Virus record (IMG/VR): IMGVR_UViG_3300033066_000802
Span: 32,001 to 96,000 of that record
Origin: a virus
Lineage: Duplodnaviria; Caudoviricetes
Strand: one strand, 5' to 3'
Length of the DNA stretch: 64,000 nucleotides
A model generated the notes under the pieces. The model ran no database searches. It was given only the letters and a program-made list of their open reading frames with translations, and had not been told where the DNA came from. A program made the position numbers and the translations under genes. Shown here piece by piece: positions 1 to 8,863 of the stretch. Each line of letters starts with the position of its first letter. Within the stretch, counting starts at the first letter, position 1.

Positions 1-51
1 TTAAATAAGGTATGTTTGCTATATTTGACATATTTTTCGTATATTTCTATT

Positions 52-3000
52 TTATATTATTCTAAATTTCTTTGTCGTTGCCGCTGTAACACTTGTAAAG
101 TATATTTTATATAAATTATAAGTTAAACCACCTATTGTTATAGGTGTTGCGGGTGTAATACCAATTTGATTCGGGTATGCTGCGTATGGTGTTATTGCTG
201 TTGGTGCCCCCGATATATCAAATAAATGTGCGTTTGTTAGTATTGGATATGATGATGGTACTAATAAACCTAATATACCATTAAACCCAACAACCCCACC
301 ACTAAAATTAATATCTATTGGTATAGACGGATTCCATGTGCCAGTTAAACCTGATGCTGATAAATTTATTGAACCGCCACCAAATAATGTTGCTGCGTTA
401 GTTTTATAGTAATTTATCACCGTACTAAAAGGTACTGACGCATATGTGTTATCTGTATATGTATATGCGGCATCACATAAATTCGAACCACCACTTGACG
501 CATAAATATTTGGTGACGCATATGTGGATGGTGTTAAATATCTAAAATAATATAACATATCAACAACAGCACCCGCAAGAACAATTGCTGTTGTCGTTAT
601 ATTACAACCAACGCCATCCGTTATTTTAACTGTGTATGTCGCTGGGTTTAAACCTGTTTGTGTGTAAGTTCCAGCGGAACCTGAAGTATATGTGTGTAAC
701 GTTGTTGTACCCGTAATAACATTTATCGTATAACCAGTACCCAATGTACCACCACCAAAACTAATAGCTATAGTACCATCATTTGCCCCACCAGTTGATT
801 CTGGTGTTGGGGTTGCAGATACTGTAACTGGGACAGGTGACCCAGAACCAACAACATTATATGTTTGAACACAGTTCGCATCATCCTTCACATAAAATAA
901 ATGTGAACCAGTATACGCACCAATTGAAAACGTTGAACCTGTTACATATGTACTACCGTCAGACGAATATGTATACGGAGCTGTACCACCACCAGCAGTT
1001 AAAGCCACAGTTGCGTTATCACCACTACATGTTGGCGCTGTATAAGTACCACTTAATGTAGGTGTTGTTGGTGCTGACAACGTATGTGTAACAGTTGATG
1101 TTGCCATACAGTTTACACTATCTTTTACATATATTGTTATACTACCAGCTGTTAATCCAGTTACAGTTATTTGATCACCTATTGGTGCTATTAAACCAGA
1201 ATATGTTACACCACCATTTACACTATATCTATAATTAGGTGTACCACCACTTACATTTATAACAATTGATCCGTCAGTACCTGAACATGTTGTTGGGTTG
1301 GTTGCTGAATCATAAGATATTGTCACAGCAGCAGGTGCTGTAAGTGTTACACCTGTACCTAAAGTCACTGGCGTACATGTTGTACCAACTCTTCTAACAA
1401 GAACATTATATAAGATACCACCTGATAAACCACTAATCGTTGTTGGTAATGCAATCCATGTAGAACCAGTTACACCACCAGTAATTAATTTATATTCATA
1501 ATAATTTGTAACATCAACACGTCCACCCGTAACAGATAATGACATATTACCCGTACCACCATAACATGTTGGGTTTGTTGACCCTGTTGTTGTAACCGTT
1601 AATGCCGTAACTTGACTATTATTAACAATTGTTGTACCACTACAACTTATAACATTTGAATCCCTATACGAAATTGTTTCAGTTGAACCAGAAATTGAAC
1701 CGCTTTGTGGTATTGCTATTATCATACCTGACGTAACACCAGTCCACGAACCAACACCAACTTTAACATCATAAGACCCACTACCACCAAATAAACCAAT
1801 ATTATATTCCCAATCATCACCAACACAACTTGGTGCTGATGATAATGTTGGAGTCATACTCACAGTTGTATATTTATGAACATCATATGATGTTGTACCT
1901 GTGGTGCAATAATCTCTTATATATATTGTACCTGAATATGTACCAACGGAACCAAATGATTGTAAATATGTATATGTTCCAGGTGTAGCGGTTGGTGTCA
2001 TATTATACCATAAACCGCTACTACCGAACTTAACTTGTGGTGTTGTAAAACTCGGTGGATTTACAGTGGCACCCGTTATCATAAGCTGAACGGTAGCGTT
2101 ACCAGCAGCACCACAATTTTTTGATGTACCCGTAACTGGTAAGATATCCATACCACTTGGATCCACAATTGTTACAACACCACTTACAATGTCCGAAGTT
2201 ATTTGGTCTTCAGCGTATAAAGTGTATGACCCAGCTGTAATACCAGCGCCACTAAATGTTTGTGTTTGTGTTGTAGCGTACCCAACACTCGGTGTCCAAG
2301 GATTTGAGTTGTACTTATACCTGTATTGACCAGAACCACCACTAATCGTTATAGTAACCGAACCAGTACCACCAGGACAATATGGTGCAGCTGAAGAAAC
2401 TGAAACCAATGATAAACTTAAATCATCATAATTAACATTAACAGATGTTATTGGTGTTTCACAGTTATTAGCATCTTTAATTATACTATCATAAGAACCA
2501 CTATTTAACCCAGTAAAAATTGAACTGACAGCCCAATCACCGCCGCCATTTATACTATATTGGTATGGTAGTGTACCGCCGACACCGTATAATGTGATAG
2601 TACCATCTGATGTGACACCTGAAACAACTTCAGCTGTTGTGCTATATGTTAAAATTAAATCATCTGGTTGTGTAACAGTAATTGCAGGTAAAAGTACAGG
2701 ACCTATTAATTGGTCTTCTACATATATACCCGTATAAGTACCAGCGGTAATACCAGTAAATGTATATTCAGATAACGGGTCAAAGCCTGGGGATGACCAT
2801 ATTGATCCACCATCAATCGAAAATCTAAAAAAACCCGATCCACCAGAAACATTAATTGTTATTGAGCCGTTGTTTTCGTCATAACATGTTGGTGAAGTAA
2901 ATGTAACACTACCTATTACAGGGGTAGGTAGAGTAGAACCCGTACCACCCAAACCTATAGGTATAAACGATGAGTGATAATCTTTTTCGTAATCAAATGT

Positions 3001-3567
3001 ACCATTATTGATTAATAATGTACTATTTGAAGGTATGAGGAATCTATCTGAATCAAATGATGAACTACCGACTACATATATTTTTAAATTGTGAACATCG
3101 TCAGGATCAGAAAATTGGAATAGAAAACTTGAACCACTTAAATTAAGATTATTTAAATATGTAAAATAATCTGACCAATCAACACCACTATTATCTATTA
3201 AAGAATAGTAATAATAATCATTTACAAGACCTACTTCACCACTGGATACACTTTCCGATTCAATATAATTCCAAGTACCCGTAAATGGATTTCTTGAATC
3301 TGGACTACCCACAATTACCTTCCAAAGGTCAACTTCCACACTATTTACAGTACCTGTAACTGAAAATCCAGAAGTATAAGCGGTTTGATCGTGATCAACC
3401 AAACATTCATATAGAATGCCTGTTTTTGTTTCATTATCGTAATAATAAACTATCTCCCCTTGCAAATAAGTGGCTGTAGACCACTCAGTTATATGAAGGA
3501 ATTTGAAATTGTCATCAACTTCTTTTGCCGTTAACGGTCTATTTAAACTTTGCCTAAATACTAACAT
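52..3567 (-). CDS. Tail-fibre/adhesin-like virion protein with SprB-like beta repeats
   Basis: N-terminal RQSLNRPLTAKEVDDNF resembles phage fibre attachment motifs; repeated PTC...GS(I/V)T(I/L)..SGG..PY.YS..GG units resemble Bacteroidetes SprB repeats; Thr/Gly/Ser-rich. Confidence 0.65.
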   Translation of the reverse strand: MLVFRQSLNRPLTAKEVDDNFKFLHITEWSTATYLQGEIVYYYDNETKTGILYECLVDHDQTAYTSGFSVTGTVNSVEVDLWKVIVGSPDSRNPFTGTWNYIESESVSSGEVGLVNDYYYYSLIDNSGVDWSDYFTYLNNLNLSGSSFLFQFSDPDDVHNLKIYVVGSSSFDSDRFLIPSNSTLLINNGTFDYEKDYHSSFIPIGLGGTGSTLPTPVIGSVTFTSPTCYDENNGSITINVSGGSGFFRFSIDGGSIWSSPGFDPLSEYTFTGITAGTYTGIYVEDQLIGPVLLPAITVTQPDDLILTYSTTAEVVSGVTSDGTITLYGVGGTLPYQYSINGGGDWAVSSIFTGLNSGSYDSIIKDANNCETPITSVNVNYDDLSLSLVSVSSAAPYCPGGTGSVTITISGGSGQYRYKYNSNPWTPSVGYATTQTQTFSGAGITAGSYTLYAEDQITSDIVSGVVTIVDPSGMDILPVTGTSKNCGAAGNATVQLMITGATVNPPSFTTPQVKFGSSGLWYNMTPTATPGTYTYLQSFGSVGTYSGTIYIRDYCTTGTTSYDVHKYTTVSMTPTLSSAPSCVGDDWEYNIGLFGGSGSYDVKVGVGSWTGVTSGMIIAIPQSGSISGSTETISYRDSNVISCSGTTIVNNSQVTALTVTTTGSTNPTCYGGTGNMSLSVTGGRVDVTNYYEYKLITGGVTGSTWIALPTTISGLSGGILYNVLVRRVGTTCTPVTLGTGVTLTAPAAVTISYDSATNPTTCSGTDGSIVINVSGGTPNYRYSVNGGVTYSGLIAPIGDQITVTGLTAGSITIYVKDSVNCMATSTVTHTLSAPTTPTLSGTYTAPTCSGDNATVALTAGGGTAPYTYSSDGSTYVTGSTFSIGAYTGSHLFYVKDDANCVQTYNVVGSGSPVPVTVSATPTPESTGGANDGTIAISFGGGTLGTGYTINVITGTTTLHTYTSGSAGTYTQTGLNPATYTVKITDGVGCNITTTAIVLAGAVVDMLYYFRYLTPSTYASPNIYASSGGSNLCDAAYTYTDNTYASVPFSTVINYYKTNAATLFGGGSINLSASGLTGTWNPSIPIDINFSGGVVGFNGILGLLVPSSYPILTNAHLFDISGAPTAITPYAAYPNQIGITPATPITIGGLTYNLYKIYFTSVTAATTKKFRII

Positions 3568-3639
3568 TTATCATCAGGTAATTTTATAGAATACCTAATG
3601 ATAAATAGTCAGTTTTTTAAGAATAAATCGTTAAAAAGT

Positions 3640-4305
3640 TTATTTTTTTCGTCTGCTCATTACCTGGTCAACCAACCCGTAATCTTTAGCCTCCTGTGCG
3701 ATCATCCAATAATCCCTCTCGCAATCACTATAAACTTTGTCATACTCCTGTCCCGAATGGTTTGAAATTATCTCATATAATTCTTTTTTTAATTTACCAA
3801 TTTCTCTGGCTGTAATCTCAATATCTGTAGCTTGACCCTCCGCACCGCCAAGTGGTTGGTGTATCATTACTCTTGAGTGTGGTAAAGCATACCTTTTACC
3901 TGTATTACCAGCGCAAAGTAAAACCGCAGCCATAGATGCCGCCAATCCGATGCACATAGTTGATACATCTGGTTTAATATATTGCATGGTATCATAAATA
4001 CCCATACCAGCATAAACACCACCACCAGGTGAATTTATGTATATTTGTATATCTGAATTAGGGTCTGTTGATTCGAGAAACAACAACTGAGCCTGTATGA
4101 TGTTTGAAACACTATCATTAATTCCAGTACCAAGGAAGATTAATCTCTCCATCATTAAACGTGAAAATACATCCATTTGGGTTACGTTTAATTGTCTTTC
4201 TTCAATAATATAAGGTGTTATTGAGCTTGTAAAATTATGCATTGACATGCTGCTGATACCATGATCTAATAATGCGTAGCGGCTAAATTCTTTTCCTAAA
4301 TTCAT
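3640..4305 (-). CDS. clpP: ATP-dependent Clp protease proteolytic subunit
   Basis: MDVFSRLMMERLIFLG, YINSPGG, GLAASMAA (catalytic Ser), RVMIHQPLGG (His), QATDI; N-terminus of Bacteroidetes type. Confidence 0.97.
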   Translation of the reverse strand: MNLGKEFSRYALLDHGISSMSMHNFTSSITPYIIEERQLNVTQMDVFSRLMMERLIFLGTGINDSVSNIIQAQLLFLESTDPNSDIQIYINSPGGGVYAGMGIYDTMQYIKPDVSTMCIGLAASMAAVLLCAGNTGKRYALPHSRVMIHQPLGGAEGQATDIEITAREIGKLKKELYEIISNHSGQEYDKVYSDCERDYWMIAQEAKDYGLVDQVMSRRKK

Positions 4306-5834
4306 ATTTTCGTTAAATATTTATTATAATTAATTTTTTTATCTTCACACAAATCTATGAAAGATTTCTCAGAAAATACATACTTAAACTCAAAATTACT
4401 TTTAATATTTTTAGCGTTTGAATCAAAGTATTGTATAAATGATTTAATTCTCCTTTCAAGCGGTGTATTCTCTTTATGTTGTATATTTTGTGAAAATTTA
4501 TCTTTTTTGGGCGTAACCAAAGACCTCAAATTACATATTTTAAGTATATAACGATCAGACTTACTTTTTCGTTTATGTTTTAATTTTATATACGTATGAC
4601 TATAGTTCGATACATACGAACCTAAAGTCGGTTTCATGAAATTAGACATATCATTACATATATGGGGAGAGAATTCAACATCAGTTACCGTTGGGTCGAA
4701 TCCTGGTTGTACCGTATACTCATCACCAAAATACTTCTTTAATGATTTAATTGTACATGAGTCGATTATGTATGCACCTGTTTTGTTGAAAGCACTATAT
4801 AAACAACCAAATAATACAAGTAATGTACCATTTATACGGTCAATTGTTCTGAAATTTTCAATATTCAGTACGTAACCAAATCGTTGTAATGTTTTCAAAC
4901 ATAACAATTTGTGATAAGCACTTTCTCTTTTTTCAGAAATTAAATCAACAAATGAAAAATTATAATAACTATTAATTGAATTCAATAATATTATGAAATT
5001 TCGTATATTTGGTATTGAGGCATCGGTTTCTTCCACAGAAACACCTAAAGATTTTAAATTTGTAATATCAACATTATATACATCACATAATTTTAAATTA
5101 TATAAATTAATTGTTAGATATTTTTGATTTGGATCGGATTTATTTTCCCATTTTTTTAAATTTTGATAGAAATATTCAACGTATTCTGGGTTTTTAATAT
5201 CAAGAATTAAATTCGTAATTTGAAAAATATTCAAACCATTGTAATGATACCTATTTGGTTCAAAATATCTACAGAAAACGGAAAGATAAAATTCATCATT
5301 AAAATAATTAATATTTCTCTTGTTAAAATAATACCCCCGAACTATTTCACCTATATTATTAGATTCAGTTATTAACCCCAGCTCATCTTTTATTATTTGA
5401 TAAAATTCTAATGAGCGCTCTTTAGGTAATGTGTTTATTAATTCATTACTTAACCTGTATAGTTGTGAATTAAAATTATTTGTGCGACACCAATTACCAC
5501 CACGCTTTACATTACCTCTCGTATATGAAAAAACATTACATCTATTTAAATCTATTGTAACACCATAAAGTTGTTTGGTTATTTTTGCTCTTAATATATT
5601 TTTATTAGGGACGAGTACATATTCTTTCAGGTGGTAAAAACGTTTAATTGCGAGTTTAGTCCTATCCAGGTTATATGATATAACTAACGTATTACGACTA
5701 ACAAAAACTGGGGTTTTTGTTTCCAAACACTTAATAAACTCATCCCTTGTTAAGGGTCTTGCCCCTCTAACATATTTTTCATTACAATCCCTGAAAAGAG
5801 TTATTTCATTATCAACCTTGTATTCTTCGTGCAT
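4302..5834 (-). CDS. Hypothetical protein
   Basis: 510-aa ORF, ATGA-coupled to clpP; no motif recognised. Confidence 0.7.
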   Translation of the reverse strand: MHEEYKVDNEITLFRDCNEKYVRGARPLTRDEFIKCLETKTPVFVSRNTLVISYNLDRTKLAIKRFYHLKEYVLVPNKNILRAKITKQLYGVTIDLNRCNVFSYTRGNVKRGGNWCRTNNFNSQLYRLSNELINTLPKERSLEFYQIIKDELGLITESNNIGEIVRGYYFNKRNINYFNDEFYLSVFCRYFEPNRYHYNGLNIFQITNLILDIKNPEYVEYFYQNLKKWENKSDPNQKYLTINLYNLKLCDVYNVDITNLKSLGVSVEETDASIPNIRNFIILLNSINSYYNFSFVDLISEKRESAYHKLLCLKTLQRFGYVLNIENFRTIDRINGTLLVLFGCLYSAFNKTGAYIIDSCTIKSLKKYFGDEYTVQPGFDPTVTDVEFSPHICNDMSNFMKPTLGSYVSNYSHTYIKLKHKRKSKSDRYILKICNLRSLVTPKKDKFSQNIQHKENTPLERRIKSFIQYFDSNAKNIKSNFEFKYVFSEKSFIDLCEDKKINYNKYLTKI

Positions 5835-5853
5835 TTATATTAATTTAACATAT

Positions 5854-5893
5854 AAAAAAAGGGTTGACATATATGTTATATAATATCAACCCT
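5854..5893 (-). terminator. Intrinsic terminator closing the TROVE-like gene plus RNA region
   Basis: Inverted repeat agggttga (5860-5867)/tcaaccct (5886-5893) followed on - by a T7 run. Confidence 0.8.
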
Positions 5894-5895
5894 GA

Positions 5896-5962
5896 TGTAA
5901 AATACTGAAAGGCTTTTTCTTATGTCCAAGGAAATAATATGCTGAACCCTTTCACATTTACA
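5896..5962 (-). ncRNA. Candidate small end-paired (Y-RNA-like) RNA, element B
   Basis: On -: TGTAAA-tg-TGAAAGG-gttcagcat...CCTTTCA-gtat-TTTACA; 5' and 3' ends pair in a 6+7 bp helix with an internal loop. Confidence 0.55.
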
Positions 5963-5964
5963 AA

Positions 5965-6196
5965 AACGTTTTTTTCGGAATAGTCGTTTTTTTAATAGTG
6001 AATGACTAAACTATAGGGTATTTTAATAGTTCGCCCAAAACTATAGATCTCTTGATTAGTATTATCTAAACTAAGGGTGTTTTTTTATTGCTGGTCACTC
6101 ACAAGGTGAGTGGATTGCAGCGCTTAAGAAAACAACCAAAAACTCTTCTATCGCATAATTGTTTTTAGGTTTTTGCGGCACCTATTCCCAAACGTT
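5965..6196 (-). ncRNA. Candidate structured RNA, element A (end-paired, encloses tandem stem/pseudoknot repeats)
   Basis: AACGTTT+GGAATAG (5965-5983) pair with CTATTCC+AAACGTT (6182-6196); five internal stem units; starts 8 nt after the TROVE-like stop; strand inferred. Confidence 0.55.
5981..6074. repeat. Three tandem ~30-33 nt degenerate repeats (stem / T-rich / (a/t)tagt / stem / aaacta)
   Basis: tagtcg..aatagt..tgacta-aactat; gggt..aatagt..gccc-aaaactat; tagat..attagt..atcta-aactaa. Confidence 0.75.
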
Positions 6197-6204
6197 AAAA
6201 TTTA

Positions 6205-7602
6205 TTAAACAGTTACTGCCTGATACCTTTCAGCATGTACAGTTTTATTCATTATTGCCACTGGTGACATATCTTCACCAGATAATACAGACTTCAAGAT
6301 CGCTGGAGAGAACCCGCTGATTAAAGCTGTTCCTTCATCAGTAACCTGTACTGGGAAGTTACCATCATGACGGCTCTCCATATTCCAGAATATGATCTTA
6401 GGCATAGTATAACCAGCCTGTGCATACCTGTGCTTGATCATGTCAAGCGCAGTTTGGTTACTACGACACGCAGAGTTAAACTCCATGTCTGACGCAATCA
6501 AAATTGCTGTTGGCATTTCCGATGGTGGTAGGTTAGCCGACTGAGCCTTATTCAGGATCAATGCAAACGTAGCTTCCAGGTTTGTTGAACCACCCCAAGG
6601 AGCAGACTGAAGCTGACGGAACCTCGATTCCAAGTTACCAGTAAGGTACTGTAACTGTGGGTTGTCATCGAATGTCAAGAATGCATTCTTGAAGATACCT
6701 TCATTCCTTTCAGAAATATAAAGACCGAGTGATATACACACGTCCATACATGTAAGGTTAGCGTTACCACCAGCCGAACACCCCATAGAACCTGATACGT
6801 CACAAACCATCAACAGACGCTCGTTGTTGTTTTCCAACCAATTTGGTAACGCATCCCACTGCTTAACAGCAAGTTGCTTATCACCCATCCTCAATGTCTT
6901 AACAACATCGTATGGATATACCGCACCAGCGTTTATTTTAGTATCACCATTCTTGTACTGATCGAACCTTGAGGTGTCGTTCTTAGCAAACGCCTTTGAA
7001 TAACGAGCCATAGCCAATGAAGGTATATGTTCGTATGTAATCGAACCCCAGTTCTTTGAACACATAAGTTGTTCTACCACCTTAGTGTTTTCAACTAACA
7101 GCTTACGGTAAGCCTTTGGTGTTAACTTCATATAACGCTCAAGAGCGATAGCTTCCTTACCCTTACGTGGCATCCACTTAGCACAAAGACCATCACCAGC
7201 CAATAACGCAGTTTGGATTAACTCCATAGCCTGAGTTTCAAGCGCTGTACCAAAAAGTACAAGCAAATCATCCCAACGACCATAGAAAGGAACCAATTCC
7301 AAGTTCTTAGACAGAACTTTTCTATTATGTTGAACAAGATAGGTTACAATATCCTTAAATATCTGACGCTCACCAGCACCCTGACGTGCATCACGTACCC
7401 AGAATAAAATTCTCATTGCTGTCAATGGATCTTCACCAAAAGCTTTAGAAAAGGTCGAAATCAACCTATTCTTATCTTGCCCTCTCATAGCACCAATAGT
7501 GAAAAATAAATCCACACATGCATTTAATGTAGATGAGTTTGTTACCATACCATTTTCGGTACGTGTGTTCCTTGTACGCAAAGCGTTAATTAATTGTGAC
7601 AT
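6205..7602 (-). CDS. Ro60/TROVE-like RNA-binding protein with C-terminal VWA domain (DUF2828 family)
   Basis: DPLTAMRILFWVRDARQGAGER, YGRWDD, AKWMPR; MIDAS DVSGSM, WGGSTN, SDMEFN, IIFWN. Confidence 0.85.
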   Translation of the reverse strand: MSQLINALRTRNTRTENGMVTNSSTLNACVDLFFTIGAMRGQDKNRLISTFSKAFGEDPLTAMRILFWVRDARQGAGERQIFKDIVTYLVQHNRKVLSKNLELVPFYGRWDDLLVLFGTALETQAMELIQTALLAGDGLCAKWMPRKGKEAIALERYMKLTPKAYRKLLVENTKVVEQLMCSKNWGSITYEHIPSLAMARYSKAFAKNDTSRFDQYKNGDTKINAGAVYPYDVVKTLRMGDKQLAVKQWDALPNWLENNNERLLMVCDVSGSMGCSAGGNANLTCMDVCISLGLYISERNEGIFKNAFLTFDDNPQLQYLTGNLESRFRQLQSAPWGGSTNLEATFALILNKAQSANLPPSEMPTAILIASDMEFNSACRSNQTALDMIKHRYAQAGYTMPKIIFWNMESRHDGNFPVQVTDEGTALISGFSPAILKSVLSGEDMSPVAIMNKTVHAERYQAVTV

Positions 7603-7623
7603 AAGTTGTTTTGATTTGTTTTA

Positions 7624-7655
7624 CAAAAGTAAGCAATGTTTTCACGAAAACCAAA
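7624..7655 (-). promoter_or_regulatory. Bacteroidetes housekeeping-type promoter for the TROVE-like gene
   Basis: On -: TTTG (7655-7652), 20 nt, TACTTTTG (7631-7624), matching -33 TTTG / -7 TAnnTTTG. Confidence 0.75.
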
Positions 7656-7673
7656 TTTTTTGGTTAAAATATA

Positions 7674-8045
7674 TTATATATTTTTTTTCTTAATGTTTTT
7701 TTCAGATATTTCAGCAACTTTCATGCCGATATCTGTAGCCTTATAGAGGCAGTTACCTTCATTGTCGATACCACAAATATCGACTAATCCCTTATCATAA
7801 AGGGAGTTTACAGTTATTAGTAAAACTTCTTTAGTTGTTTCCTGAATTATTGATATAAATTCATCTTCGTCAATTGACGGATCACCAGATGAAAGGATAT
7901 TTTCATTACATTTTTTTATTAAATATCGTTCAAAAATTTCTTTTTCAATCATTGGGTTCTCACTTGGAAGAAAAAAACCTTCTTTTTCCAAATTAACTAT
8001 CATGTTTTTTACATAAATCAGAACATCGATTTCTCCGTTACTCAT
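7674..8045 (-). CDS. Hypothetical protein (possible winged-helix C-terminus)
   Basis: 123 aa; LYDKGLVDICG...YKATDIG resembles a wHTH wing. Confidence 0.6.
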   Translation of the reverse strand: MSNGEIDVLIYVKNMIVNLEKEGFFLPSENPMIEKEIFERYLIKKCNENILSSGDPSIDEDEFISIIQETTKEVLLITVNSLYDKGLVDICGIDNEGNCLYKATDIGMKVAEISEKNIKKKNI

Positions 8046-8059
8046 GTTTTTAATTTACA

Positions 8060-8091
8060 CAAAACTAAACAATATATTTCAGATAATCAAA
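8060..8091 (-). promoter_or_regulatory. Bacteroidetes-type promoter
   Basis: On -: TTTG, 20 nt, TAGTTTTG, 14 nt upstream of the ATG at 8045. Confidence 0.7.
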
Positions 8092-8432
8092 TCAATTGTA
8101 GAAAAACTTTTTACAATAAATGGAATATCCCTATTATCCCATTTATTCTTTTTCTCATGATATTTTTGGTATTCACGCCTATTATCCTTGGTAAGATTAA
8201 AAATGCTTATCGGAGTATCCTCAAACACTTTATTGTTTATGAAGTGTAAATCACCTATTTCACACTCATAATCGTCCGAATTCAGATTACTCAATTCGAC
8301 ACTTATATACTGATGGCGCTGATCAGGCGAAATTAAATAGATCTTTAACTTATTATTAATTTTATCATATGTACCAAATTCATACATGAATAATGATTCA
8401 AATTTTTTTAATTTAGTTATGAAGTCCTTCAT
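8079..8432 (-). CDS. Hypothetical protein
   Basis: 117-aa ORF with ATG start, in phase with neighbours. Confidence 0.65.
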   Translation of the reverse strand: MKDFITKLKKFESLFMYEFGTYDKINNKLKIYLISPDQRHQYISVELSNLNSDDYECEIGDLHFINNKVFEDTPISIFNLTKDNRREYQKYHEKKNKWDNRDIPFIVKSFSTIDLII

Positions 8433-8503
8433 CTTTTTTAGTTTTAGAAACTATTTATTGATAGACAGTAAAATAAAAGACAACTATTATAAATATAAAG
8501 ATC

Positions 8504-8863
8504 ATGACTGAAAAGTTAACCATAAAGAAAAACGAGATACAAAATCTTATTGAAAACGAGATAAAACAATATAAACCCCAATTGGAAGATATGGGTGGTG
8601 GTCTTGGCGATGATACTGATCGTAAAATTGATTATACAAAGAAACCTGAAGAATCTGGTGTTAAAACCAAATTTAAACTAAAGGAACCAATTCCTGAACT
8701 TCTTGAGTATTTAAGTAAACTCGGAGAAGCCAGAGGTATACTTACTAAATGCGCTGCGGCACATAAGAACGAAGAAGTTCAAAAAAAATTATACTCACAT
8801 TACGAGAAAAACAATAAATTAGCCCTTGAAATGATCAGGGACTTCGGTATTATTGAACATTAA
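8504..8863 (+). CDS. Hypothetical protein (possible head-internal protein)
   Basis: 119 aa; TATTTAT motif at 8452-8458 upstream; LIENE motif. Confidence 0.7.
   Translation: MTEKLTIKKNEIQNLIENEIKQYKPQLEDMGGGLGDDTDRKIDYTKKPEESGVKTKFKLKEPIPELLEYLSKLGEARGILTKCAAAHKNEEVQKKLYSHYEKNNKLALEMIRDFGIIEH

Noticed and set aside
5864-5884. TTGACA...TATAAT sigma-70 promoter on +
   Set aside because: Spacer is only 9 nt and both boxes lie inside the terminator hairpin
5981-6126. CRISPR mini-array interpretation of the ~30-nt repeats
   Set aside because: No identical direct repeats separated by unique spacers, period too short, and no cas genes in the window
5835-6204. tRNA or tmRNA gene in the long intergenic gap
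   Set aside because: No TTCRA T-loop, cloverleaf or CCA end could be found on either strand by eye
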